The notes below the pieces were generated by a model. That model saw only the letters and a list, made by a program, of their open reading frames with translations. It ran no database searches and was not told the origin of the DNA. The position numbers were made by a program, and so were the translations under genes. A DNA stretch of 64,000 bases from Spirochaetia bacterium (GTDB lineage: Bacteria; Spirochaetota; Spirochaetia; SZUA-6; Bin103), in contig CBDBDQ010000005.1 in NCBI GenBank assembly GCA_965203905.1, positions 6,240,001-6,304,000 of the forward strand, written 5' to 3'. Of the stretch, positions 49,463-58,260 are shown piece by piece. Position 1 is the stretch's first letter; the number at the start of each line of letters is the position of its first letter.

Positions 49463-51163
49463 ATGAGTTCCGACACCCTCCACAATGGAATAGCGCTGCC
49501 GGCGGAATGGCCGCCGCGCACCATGGACCCGGCGGCGCGCGAGCCGATGCCGGTTCCCTACCTGGACTCCCCGCCCCCGGTGATACCGATTGACGTGGGC
49601 CGGCAACTGTTCGTCGATTCGTTTCTGATCGAGAGGACCGATCTGAAACGGGTGTTTCACGCGGCGCGGAAGTACGACGGGAACCCGATCCTGGTGCCGG
49701 AGACGGACGCCGAGCAGGAGTCGGGCGCGGCCACGGCCTGTCCCTTCGACGATGGAGTCGCCTACGATCCGGTCACGAGGAAATTCCTGCTGTGGTACGT
49801 GGCTTCCTTCCGCTGGGATCCACTCCACTACCTCGGCCCGGGACACACGGCAGTGGCGGTCAGCGACGATGGTCTGCATTGGGAGCGGCCGGACCTGGAC
49901 GTTGTGCCCGGCACCAACCTGGTCCTCCCCCACGAGTCACCGCGGCGCTCGCGCGACAGCTTCTGCCCGCTGCTGGACCACGCGGCGGAGGACCCGTCAG
50001 AGCGCTTCAAGGCCTACCTCTTCATGCGCCTCGCGGACCCCGGCCGCAGCCGCAGGCAGCCGAACGAGAACTGGCTCCTGACGTCGGGCGATGGTATCCA
50101 CTGGACCAACGTGGGACGGTTCCCTGCGCGCGGGGCCGACGGCACGACCCTCCACTACAATCCCTTCAGGCGGAAGTGGGTGCTGAACCTCAAGCGCGGC
50201 TATGCCGGCATGCGCGGCCGCACCTATATCGAGCGGGATCGGTTTGGGGAGTTCCTGCGCCTGCGCGAGGCCACGGCGGCCGAGGCCGCGCGCCAGGTCA
50301 GGCGCCGCGACCAGCCGCCTCCGGGGTTGTCCGAGGGGGAGGTGCTGTGGGTAGGCGCGGACCGACTCGACCTGCCGGATCCGGACTGGGTCGTGCAGGA
50401 GCCGACGCAGCTCTACATGCTGGAGGTGGTGCCCTACGAGAGCATCATGCTGGGCCTGTTCGCGATCCACTACGGTCCGCACAACGACGTGTGCACGCAG
50501 GGGAAGTTCCCGAAGCTGACGCAGATCAAGCTGGGCTACAGCCGCGACGGCTTCCACTGGCATCGCCCCGACCGGGAGCTGTTCATCGGAGCCACCAAGC
50601 GGGACGGAGACTGGGATCGGGCCTACCTGAGACCGGCTTCAGGCTGTGTGATTCTCCGCGACCGGCTGCACTTCTACTACTCGGGGTTCTCCGGCATCAC
50701 CCCCTCCGGAGTGCGCCACCTCTATGCCGGCGGCAGCACCCACGTCGCCTCGATCCGCCGCGACGGTTTCGTCTCCATGGATGCCGGTGAGGCGACCGGG
50801 GAGTTGGTCACCCGACCGCTCACCTTCACGGGGCGGCACCTTTTCGTCAACCTGGAGGCCCCGAAAGGCGAACTGCGGGTCGAAGTTCTCGGCCCTGACG
50901 GTCGGGCAATCGAGCCCTTCTCCATCGAGAGATGCATACCTTCACACGGCGACGCGACCCGCATCCGCGTCCGCTGGCGGGGAGCCGCGGACCTCTCGGC
51001 TGCAAGCCGGAGGCACGGAACGCGCGGGACGCCGACCCGGTTTCGATTCCAACTGGCGAACGGCAGCCTTTACTCCTTCTGGGTCACCTCCGACCCCAAC
51101 GGCAAGAGCCACGGCTACGTCGCCTCCGGCGGACCCGGGTTCGAAGGCCCGAGAGACATGTGA
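49463..51163 (+). CDS. Beta-propeller glycoside hydrolase-like protein (GH32/GH43-like superfamily)
   Basis: IDVGRQLFVD, three Asp-box-like SxDGxxW motifs, RRDGFVSM, LFVN. Confidence 0.7.
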   Translation: MSSDTLHNGIALPAEWPPRTMDPAAREPMPVPYLDSPPPVIPIDVGRQLFVDSFLIERTDLKRVFHAARKYDGNPILVPETDAEQESGAATACPFDDGVAYDPVTRKFLLWYVASFRWDPLHYLGPGHTAVAVSDDGLHWERPDLDVVPGTNLVLPHESPRRSRDSFCPLLDHAAEDPSERFKAYLFMRLADPGRSRRQPNENWLLTSGDGIHWTNVGRFPARGADGTTLHYNPFRRKWVLNLKRGYAGMRGRTYIERDRFGEFLRLREATAAEAARQVRRRDQPPPGLSEGEVLWVGADRLDLPDPDWVVQEPTQLYMLEVVPYESIMLGLFAIHYGPHNDVCTQGKFPKLTQIKLGYSRDGFHWHRPDRELFIGATKRDGDWDRAYLRPASGCVILRDRLHFYYSGFSGITPSGVRHLYAGGSTHVASIRRDGFVSMDAGEATGELVTRPLTFTGRHLFVNLEAPKGELRVEVLGPDGRAIEPFSIERCIPSHGDATRIRVRWRGAADLSAASRRHGTRGTPTRFRFQLANGSLYSFWVTSDPNGKSHGYVASGGPGFEGPRDM

Positions 51164-51223
51164 GCAGCCGCACCGCCTGGAACGCGAACAAGCGATCCTG
51201 CTCGACACCACGCGGTCGTCACG

Positions 51224-51344
51224 TTACATCACGTAGGCGAACGAAACAGCGACCACGACGACGGTTTCCTGGCCACGGTATGTTTCGGTCTTGAAGTCTC
51301 TCAGCGCTCTCGGTGTATCGAATGGCAGGCGGAGACGGGCTCAA
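51224..51344 (-). pseudogene. Collapsed RelE/ParE-like toxin remnant
   Basis: TTG start overlapping the Panacea stop; IRYTESAER(DFK) joined after a frameshift to YRGQETVVVVAV*. Confidence 0.45.
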
Positions 51345-51883
51345 TTAGTTCCGAGCTTTCTCAAGACATCGTCGCCCGGAACGCGCTTGCCGGTATCGGC
51401 GAGTTGCTGCTCAAGTACGGCGCGCGCATCGTCTGAGTGCTGTTCGATTGTGGTCACCAAGTCGAGCCGTCTGCCGCGCCTGCCCTGCTGGGCCTTTGTC
51501 ATGGGCGGCGTGGCATACACATAGTCCAGCAAACTCGCGAGATCCATCCTTGAGAACCGGCGGACGATATACGTCACGACGTTCTCCACGTCGGCATCGC
51601 CTTCTTGCGGGGGCTCAGCCATCGTGTACAGCGCGTAGTGGTGTCCGTCCCTCGTAGTGCCGTACTTCACGGTCACCGCATGCTTGTCGACCAGATCCAA
51701 CAACGCCGTCGCAAGGGCGTCGCAGTATGGGCCTCGAAGGTGCCAGATGTACGGGAGGGAGGTGAGCGGCCTCCCGGTGAGTTGCACCCAAGCCAGATCG
51801 ACGAGATAGACCAACTTCATGAGCTTGGTCGTTGGCAGTGGCCCGTGTTTGAGGATGTGCAAGATCAGGTCCGAGGCTTGCAT
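51341..51883 (-). CDS. Panacea (DUF4065/SocA-like) antitoxin domain protein
   Basis: TKLMKLVYLVD...TGRPLT...W..GPY; C-terminal LLDYVY. Confidence 0.8.
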   Translation of the reverse strand: MQASDLILHILKHGPLPTTKLMKLVYLVDLAWVQLTGRPLTSLPYIWHLRGPYCDALATALLDLVDKHAVTVKYGTTRDGHHYALYTMAEPPQEGDADVENVVTYIVRRFSRMDLASLLDYVYATPPMTKAQQGRRGRRLDLVTTIEQHSDDARAVLEQQLADTGKRVPGDDVLRKLGTN

Positions 51884-51952
51884 CGCTGGCTGAACAGGTA
51901 ATCGCACGGTGACCTGACCGTCAAGTCAAGGCCCGTCGCCGACGTCGAGCGA

Positions 51953-51968
51953 TTCTCAATCTTGAGAA
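51953..51968. promoter_or_regulatory. Palindromic putative operator upstream of Panacea gene
   Basis: TTCTCAA-TC-TTGAGAA. Confidence 0.45.
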
Positions 51969-52013
51969 CTCGTTGCCACTGAGAATGGAGTGAGTATCAC
52001 CGGAGATAGCCAT

Positions 52014-53123
52014 CTACTTGTAGGGATCGGCGGCGTCGCGCAGGCCGTCTCCAAGAAAGTTGAACATCAACACCGCGCCCACCACGAACAGAGCCGGAAA
52101 CATCAGCCAGGGGTAGAGCACCACGGTCTGAATGTTTTGCGCGTCCTGCAGCAGGGTTCCCCAACTGACGGCCGGCGGCCGGATCCCCATGCCCAGAAAG
52201 CTCAACGCGGTTTCGCCGAGGATCATGCGCGGGATCGCCAGGGTCAGGTGCACGATCAGGTAGCTCATGAACGACGGAATCAGGTGCGCCACGATCACCC
52301 GCCGCTGGCGCGCGCCCGAGACCCGCGCCGCCATCACGAAGTCGGCCTCGCGCAGCTCCAGCAGCTTGCCGCGCACGACCCGCGCCAACCCGGTCCAACC
52401 GATAATGGACAGGATCATGGTTACCGCGAAATAGACCTTGATCGAGCCCCAGTCGTGCGGCAGTGCCGCCGCCAGCCCCATCCACACCGGGATGGTCGGC
52501 AACGAGATCAGGAAATCGATGACGCGCTGAATGATGTTGTCGATGGTGCCGCCGTAGTAACCCGAAACCCCGCCCAGGATAAGGCCCAGCAGGAAGCTCA
52601 CGACGACGCCCACCAGCCCCACGGAGAGCGACACCCGTGCCGCGTAGAGGTTGCGCGTGAGCAGGTCGCGACCGAAGTTGTCCGCGCCCAGCAGCATCAC
52701 CGGCCCGGCCTTGGAACCGAACAGGTGCAGGTTCCCCGGAATCAGTCCCCACAACCGGTACTCGGCGCCACGTACCAGCAGGCGCAGCGGCACCACCTGT
52801 TCCCGGTCGACGGTGTAGAGCTTCTGCAGGGTCAACTGGTCGATCGACTGCCGGTACGCGTACACGAACGGAGTGCGGATCCGACCCTCGTGGATGAAGC
52901 GAATGCGCTGCGGCGGCGAGTACGCCAGCAGCCGCACGCGTTCCCAGGGCACGCTGGGCGCGAAGAATTCCGGAAACAGGCCGGTAACGTAGAACAGCGC
53001 CAGCACGGCGCCTCCCACCACCGCCAGGTGATGACGCTTGAACTTGCGCCACATGAGCTGCCACTGGGTGGCAACGAAGTACTGCTCCTGACGCGCCTCG
53101 AGCAGCTCGGCGGCAGAACTCAT
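52014..53123 (-). CDS. DppC/OppC-like ABC permease (paralog of 48291-49433)
   Basis: YFVATQWQLMWRKF, LGADNFGRD, LGDGLRDAADPY. Confidence 0.93.
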   Translation of the reverse strand: MSSAAELLEARQEQYFVATQWQLMWRKFKRHHLAVVGGAVLALFYVTGLFPEFFAPSVPWERVRLLAYSPPQRIRFIHEGRIRTPFVYAYRQSIDQLTLQKLYTVDREQVVPLRLLVRGAEYRLWGLIPGNLHLFGSKAGPVMLLGADNFGRDLLTRNLYAARVSLSVGLVGVVVSFLLGLILGGVSGYYGGTIDNIIQRVIDFLISLPTIPVWMGLAAALPHDWGSIKVYFAVTMILSIIGWTGLARVVRGKLLELREADFVMAARVSGARQRRVIVAHLIPSFMSYLIVHLTLAIPRMILGETALSFLGMGIRPPAVSWGTLLQDAQNIQTVVLYPWLMFPALFVVGAVLMFNFLGDGLRDAADPYK

Positions 53124-54115
53124 GCCTGCACCGCCTCGAAGCGGATGCGGGGATCGACCCACACCAGCAGCAGATCCGAAATCAGGGTACCGATAACCGT
53201 CAGGAAACTGAGCAGCATGATGGTGCTCCCGGCGAGGAACATGTCCTGCGACAGCAGCGAGTTGAACACCAGGGGGCCGATGGTGGGCAGCCCCAGCACG
53301 ATGGCGACTATGGTCTCCCCCGAGACGATCTCCGGCAGCAGCCATCCCACGGTGCTGATGATCGGGTTCACCGCCACCCGTACCGGATACTTGAACAGCA
53401 GGCGCTGCTCCGCCAGTCCCTTGGCGCGGGCGGTGATGACGTACTGCCTGCTCAACTCGTCGAGCAGCGATCCGCGCAGCACGCGGATGAGCCCGGCGGT
53501 GCCCGCGGTGCCCAGCACAATGATCGGTACCGGCAGATGCCCAAGCAGGTCGAGGAATTTGGCGAAGCTCCACGGCGCGTTGACGTACTGGATCGAGAAC
53601 AGTCCGCCGATGTTGAGGTCGAACAGGTAGAAGAACAGCATCATCAGCACCAGCGCCAGCAGGAAATTCGGCGTCGCCAGGCCGAAGAAGCCGAACACCG
53701 TGAACCCGTAGTCGGCAACCGAGTATTGATGGGTGGCCGAGTAGATCCCGATCGGCACGGCAACGACGTAGACGAACAGCAGCGACAGCACCGAGATCAG
53801 GACGGTCATCGGCAGCCGCTCCTGCAGCAGATCACTCACCGGGCGCCGGTAGGAGAACGACCAACCCATGTCTCCGCGGACGATCTTGCCCATCCAGCGC
53901 AGGTACTGGGCGTAGAGCGGGCGGTCGAGGCCGTACTGGTGGCGCAACGCCTCGACCTCAGCCTGATCGACCGAGGTTCCGCGCATCTGCAGCGCCGCGA
54001 TGTAATCGGTCAGAAAGTCGCCGGGCGGAAGCTGAATGATGGCGAATCCACACACGGAGACCGCAACCAGCACCAGGATCATCACGGCTATGCGCCGCAG
54101 CACGTATTCAAGCAT
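53120..54115 (-). CDS. DppB/OppB-like ABC permease (paralog of 47294-48289)
   Basis: LPPGD, YVITARAKG, DPRIRFEAVQ. Confidence 0.93.
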   Translation of the reverse strand: MLEYVLRRIAVMILVLVAVSVCGFAIIQLPPGDFLTDYIAALQMRGTSVDQAEVEALRHQYGLDRPLYAQYLRWMGKIVRGDMGWSFSYRRPVSDLLQERLPMTVLISVLSLLFVYVVAVPIGIYSATHQYSVADYGFTVFGFFGLATPNFLLALVLMMLFFYLFDLNIGGLFSIQYVNAPWSFAKFLDLLGHLPVPIIVLGTAGTAGLIRVLRGSLLDELSRQYVITARAKGLAEQRLLFKYPVRVAVNPIISTVGWLLPEIVSGETIVAIVLGLPTIGPLVFNSLLSQDMFLAGSTIMLLSFLTVIGTLISDLLLVWVDPRIRFEAVQA

Positions 54116-54129
54116 GGAATGTTAGAGGA

Positions 54130-54158
54130 GGGCTGCGTTCCATGGGGACGCGCAGCCC
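54130..54158 (-). terminator. Stem-loop after second SBP gene
   Basis: GGGCTGCG...CGCAGCCC. Confidence 0.45.
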
Positions 54159-54181
54159 TCCGACAGGATGCGGGGACTACC

Positions 54182-56212
54182 CTACTCGAGGTACCACTGG
54201 AAGGCGCCGCTGAAGGCGTAGTACAGGTGCGGCAGCCGGTCCAGGTCGATGTTCTTCAGGTTGTTGCGCGCAAAGCGTACGTCGGGTCCCGGCGCGATGA
54301 CGCCAATGAACCAGAGGTTCTCGCCCAGGTTGGCCAGCGCGTCGTGACCGAGGCGCTGCCGTTCCGCATCATCCGCGGTCACCGGGATGGTACGCCACGC
54401 CTCGATGAACGCCTTGGCCTCGGGCGACGGCTCCTCTCCCTCCTCGCCGCCGGTGGAGTACCATTGGTGCCACAGGCGGGCCCAGAACCAGCCGCCGGAC
54501 CACCATTGCGGCCCGACCTCCGTGAGAAAGTACTCGCTCTCGTCGATGCCCCACACGGAGATCTGTGACTCGTTGGCGCGGAACTGGTCCCACAGGCCGG
54601 AGCGCGGGCCGGCGTCGTTGATCGACGCCTTGATGCCGACATCCCCCCAGTGGGAGATGACCAGCTCCATGGTGGGCGGGATGGACGCGCGCCGGTTGCC
54701 GGCGATGGTGATGATCAGTTCCAGCGGCGTCCCGTCGGGGCGCAGCCGCATGCCGTCGGCGTCGACCGGAATGCCGAGCTCATCCAGCAGACGCTTGGCG
54801 AGTTCCGGATCGTGGGCGATGTAGTTCTCCTGGTAGTCGAGCGCGCCATAGGCGGCCTGCGCCTGGATCGCCGCCCCACGCGGCGTGCCCACGCCCTGGA
54901 ACACCAGGTCGTTGATCTCGTCGCGGTTGATGGCGTGCGACAGGGCGTGCTTGAACTTCGGCGTGTTGAACAGCTCACGCAGAACCGGGTCCTCCACCGT
55001 GTGGTTGAGCAGGATCGTCACCTCGGTGGCGAACGGGTCGGTCACCGTGCGCTCCAGCGACACGCGATAGTCGTTGCGGTTGGCGTTCTGCATGAACACG
55101 GGGAACTTGTTGATGGTCATGCTGCCGCCGTAGATGCCGGCGCCCACGTCCTGCTCGCCGCTGATCGCCTTGGCCGCTACCAGCTCGGTGCTGCCGGCGA
55201 GCTGCCCCAGCACGTGATCGAGGTAGGGAAGCTGGTTGCCGGCGGTATCGATCTTCCAGTAGTAGGGGTTGCGAGTGATCAGCACGTGGTCCAGGGCCAC
55301 GGTCTCGGCATACCAGGGGTCCACCACCGGCAGTCCCTCGGCGTAGGCGTCGTCACTGTAGCGGCGCTTGGACGCATACAGCTGGTACCACTCCTCGAAG
55401 CCCGCCTCCTTGGCCATTTCGCCGGCCTTGTCGTTGTGGTCGATGTGGAACTGCTTGACGTAGTGGCTGGGTTCGAACGGGCCGTTCTTCTGGGTCCCGG
55501 TGCCCGCGCGGTCGGAGAGCAGGTGCACGAATCCCGGCACCGGGGCAGAGAATTCGAAGTGCACGGTGGTGTCGTCGATCTTGCGCAGGCGCACGACTTC
55601 GCCGCCGGGCCGCCAGACGCTGCGTATCCGCGGGGTGAGGTCCTCGTTGTGCAGAACATCCTCGTACCAGAACATGAAGTCGTCGGCACCGAAGGGGGCG
55701 CCATCCGACCACTTCATGCCGGAACGGAGGTACAGCGTGAAGCTGCGGGCGTCGCTGGCCGCCTCCAGCCCCTTGGCGACGTTGGGCAGCACCTGCACCA
55801 GGTCCGGTCGCGCCTTGGCCAGCAGCTCCTCCAGGTGCATGTAGGACTGCGGACCCCAGAAGTCATCCGAACGCATCGTCACGTTGAGCTGACCACCCAG
55901 CTTGCCGATCCCTTCCAGCGGCTGCACCACCAGGGGTTCGTCGGAAATGCGCTCCTCCACCGGTGGCAGGTCGCCGGCGCTCACCATCGCGGCCAGCATC
56001 GGTGCCTCGCCGAAACTCGTGATCTGGTTGCCCGTGGCCGATTCGTAGTCGGCAAGCGTGGTCCAGCGTCCTTCTGCGGACAGCGGTCCGGCGCCCATCA
56101 TCGCGGTGCCGGCGGTAGTGCTGGTTCCGGCGCCCTCGCCCTCGCCGGCGGCGAAGGCCGGCAGCCCGGCCAGCGCGGCGATCAGCGCCGCGATCAGTAA
56201 CCGTTGTGACAT
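54182..56212 (-). CDS. ABC substrate-binding protein (family 5; paralog of 45183-47203)
   Basis: Signal peptide, WSDGAPF, RNPYYWKID, C-terminus nearly identical to the paralog. Confidence 0.93.
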   Translation of the reverse strand: MSQRLLIAALIAALAGLPAFAAGEGEGAGTSTTAGTAMMGAGPLSAEGRWTTLADYESATGNQITSFGEAPMLAAMVSAGDLPPVEERISDEPLVVQPLEGIGKLGGQLNVTMRSDDFWGPQSYMHLEELLAKARPDLVQVLPNVAKGLEAASDARSFTLYLRSGMKWSDGAPFGADDFMFWYEDVLHNEDLTPRIRSVWRPGGEVVRLRKIDDTTVHFEFSAPVPGFVHLLSDRAGTGTQKNGPFEPSHYVKQFHIDHNDKAGEMAKEAGFEEWYQLYASKRRYSDDAYAEGLPVVDPWYAETVALDHVLITRNPYYWKIDTAGNQLPYLDHVLGQLAGSTELVAAKAISGEQDVGAGIYGGSMTINKFPVFMQNANRNDYRVSLERTVTDPFATEVTILLNHTVEDPVLRELFNTPKFKHALSHAINRDEINDLVFQGVGTPRGAAIQAQAAYGALDYQENYIAHDPELAKRLLDELGIPVDADGMRLRPDGTPLELIITIAGNRRASIPPTMELVISHWGDVGIKASINDAGPRSGLWDQFRANESQISVWGIDESEYFLTEVGPQWWSGGWFWARLWHQWYSTGGEEGEEPSPEAKAFIEAWRTIPVTADDAERQRLGHDALANLGENLWFIGVIAPGPDVRFARNNLKNIDLDRLPHLYYAFSGAFQWYLE

Positions 56213-56229
56213 CGTCTCTACCCTCCTAG

Positions 56230-58090
56230 GAGTCTGTCGGAATCAGCTTCATGGGGTGAGGACCTGCTGATCCACGGGGAGCGACGCTGGCTGCCGGCTG
56301 GGGGCGCGAGCGCTTGGTTGCGCTCTCAGTAGTGCCCAAGCGGGCCCTCCGAGAGTGATTGAGGCCCTTCGGCAGTGATCGGGACTCCAGAACTGCTCGC
56401 CAGGGTGGCCTGGACGCTCTCTCGGGCTCCACTGTTGGTTGGTCGCGACCCACTTATCTCCCCTATCCTCCTACCAGGACATACAGCCGCTTCAGATTCC
56501 ACGCCGTGCACACCAGAGACCATTCGCCCTCGGCGCCGCGTAATCCGCGCAGCTGGAAGCGCCGGAATCCCAACACCTCCTTGATCACCCCGAATACCGT
56601 CTCCACCGTGGCCTTGCGCTTGCCATAGATCGCCTTGCCTTCAGGCGTCTGCATACGATGCTGCATCGCCGTCACCGCATCCGCATCCGCAGGACATTCC
56701 GGGGGCGCCTTCATACGTTCTTCCAGTGTCTGGTTGTGGCGTTCTCGGCTTCCCGCGATATATGGGTCAATGCCCTCCTCCACGCACTTCTCCACGTTTT
56801 CTTTGCTGTGGTACCCGGCGTCCGCTACCAGCGCCTCCGGCTTCCCCAGTATATCTTCCACTTTCCCCAACTCGGTCAACGCTGGCTCCACTTCCTGCTT
56901 GTCGTTGGTCGCTTGGCTGACGTGGTTCCCTACTACCATATGGCTGCCATGATCTACCACCGCTTGCGCGTTGTAGCCCTGCACGAATTCCCCGTTCGCA
57001 CCCGGCATGATCCGCGATTCTTCATCCGTGAAGTTCACTTGATCTTTCTCTTTCGGTCCTGCTTCCGGTTCTTTCGGCGGTCGCCCTCCCATCTTCTTGC
57101 CGGTCTTTGCCTCTCGCTCCTGGCGCCGCTTCAGCTTCTCTTCATACTCCGCTCGCTCCCTCTCGTGGCGCTCTTGGGCGCGCTCGGTGATCTTCTCCTG
57201 CGCTTCCCGTATCCCCGCCAGACGCTCCTCCCGGCGCTTCAATTCCTCCGGGATATCCAGCTCCTGCTGCTCCTGTTCCGTGTTCTCGTCCGCTTCCTCC
57301 GCCCGTTTCAGCAGCTTCTCCACCTCTCCCTGCAACTGCCGCTCCAGCTTGTTCGCATGCCCCCAGCTCATCGCTTTGTGCTTGCTCGCGTTCCCCTGCA
57401 TCTTGCTGCCGTCCAGGCTCACCGTCCCCACCCGGAGCGCTCCCAGCTCCGCCGCCAACTCCAGTATCTGCTTGAACAGTTCTTGCAACTGCGACAGAAA
57501 CCGTTTCCGAAAGTTCGCTATCGTGGCATGGTCAGGATGCTCGTCTCCAGTGATGTAACGAACCGCTACCGAGTCGTACGTGGCCTGCTCCAGCTTACGG
57601 CTGGAGAACACCCCGGTGGCGTAGCCGTAGAACAACAGGGCCACCAGCAGGGCCGGATGATAGGCTCGCTTGCCGCCACTACCGGCGTACTGACTGGTTA
57701 TTTCACCGAGATCGAGTTGGTCTACGATATCCACTACAAAACGCGCCAGATGCTGTTCCGGTAGCCACTCCTGAATGGACGCCGGCAGGAACATCGGCGT
57801 GTCTCGATCAAGTGGGCGAAAGTCGTCTGCCATGAGCACCCCAGATACTGATTATGGAGCTCCAAGACTATCCGAAATCAGAAGCCGATGTCCAGCCAAA
57901 ACTGCAGGAGATCAGCCAACCAATGTTCGCCTCTTGATGAGTGCCCACTACTTCCCCGTGGCCATGTTCTCTGGCACTGGGTAGCACCATCCAACGATCT
58001 GTGACAGCATGGGTTCATGCAGCCGCTATCCACTCCCGGAACCGTCCCAGCACCCCGTCGCCTGCTCCGCGCGGCCAATCCGACAGACTC
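56230..58090 (-). mobile_element. IS1182 family insertion sequence
   Basis: Terminal IR GAGTCTGTCGGA / TCCGACAGACTC; CTAG duplicated at 56226-56229 and 58091-58094. Confidence 0.92.
56463..57833 (-). CDS. IS1182 family transposase
   Basis: HLARFV, AYHP, YGYATGVFSSRKLE, PDHATIANFR, LDGSK, TDEESR, ADAGY, VETVFG. Confidence 0.95.
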   Translation of the reverse strand: MADDFRPLDRDTPMFLPASIQEWLPEQHLARFVVDIVDQLDLGEITSQYAGSGGKRAYHPALLVALLFYGYATGVFSSRKLEQATYDSVAVRYITGDEHPDHATIANFRKRFLSQLQELFKQILELAAELGALRVGTVSLDGSKMQGNASKHKAMSWGHANKLERQLQGEVEKLLKRAEEADENTEQEQQELDIPEELKRREERLAGIREAQEKITERAQERHERERAEYEEKLKRRQEREAKTGKKMGGRPPKEPEAGPKEKDQVNFTDEESRIMPGANGEFVQGYNAQAVVDHGSHMVVGNHVSQATNDKQEVEPALTELGKVEDILGKPEALVADAGYHSKENVEKCVEEGIDPYIAGSRERHNQTLEERMKAPPECPADADAVTAMQHRMQTPEGKAIYGKRKATVETVFGVIKEVLGFRRFQLRGLRGAEGEWSLVCTAWNLKRLYVLVGG

Positions 58091-58112
58091 CTAGGGATTG
58101 GAAGTACCCGCC

Positions 58113-58140
58113 AGGATACTCCGCTCACGCCGGATGTCAA
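58113..58140 (-). promoter_or_regulatory. Putative native sigma70 promoter of the second ABC operon, displaced by IS1182
   Basis: Minus strand TTGACA-N16-TATCCT, 18 bp from the distal CTAG. Confidence 0.55.
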
Positions 58141-58260
58141 ACCACGCGGCGGTGTATGCCTCACGGCACCGACCCAGTCGCTTCCCCCTACGGGCCCCGC
58201 ACGTGGTTCGCGGGACGTTTGTCCCGGGTGCCGCCTGCGCGTCCTCACGAAGGGCGCTTA

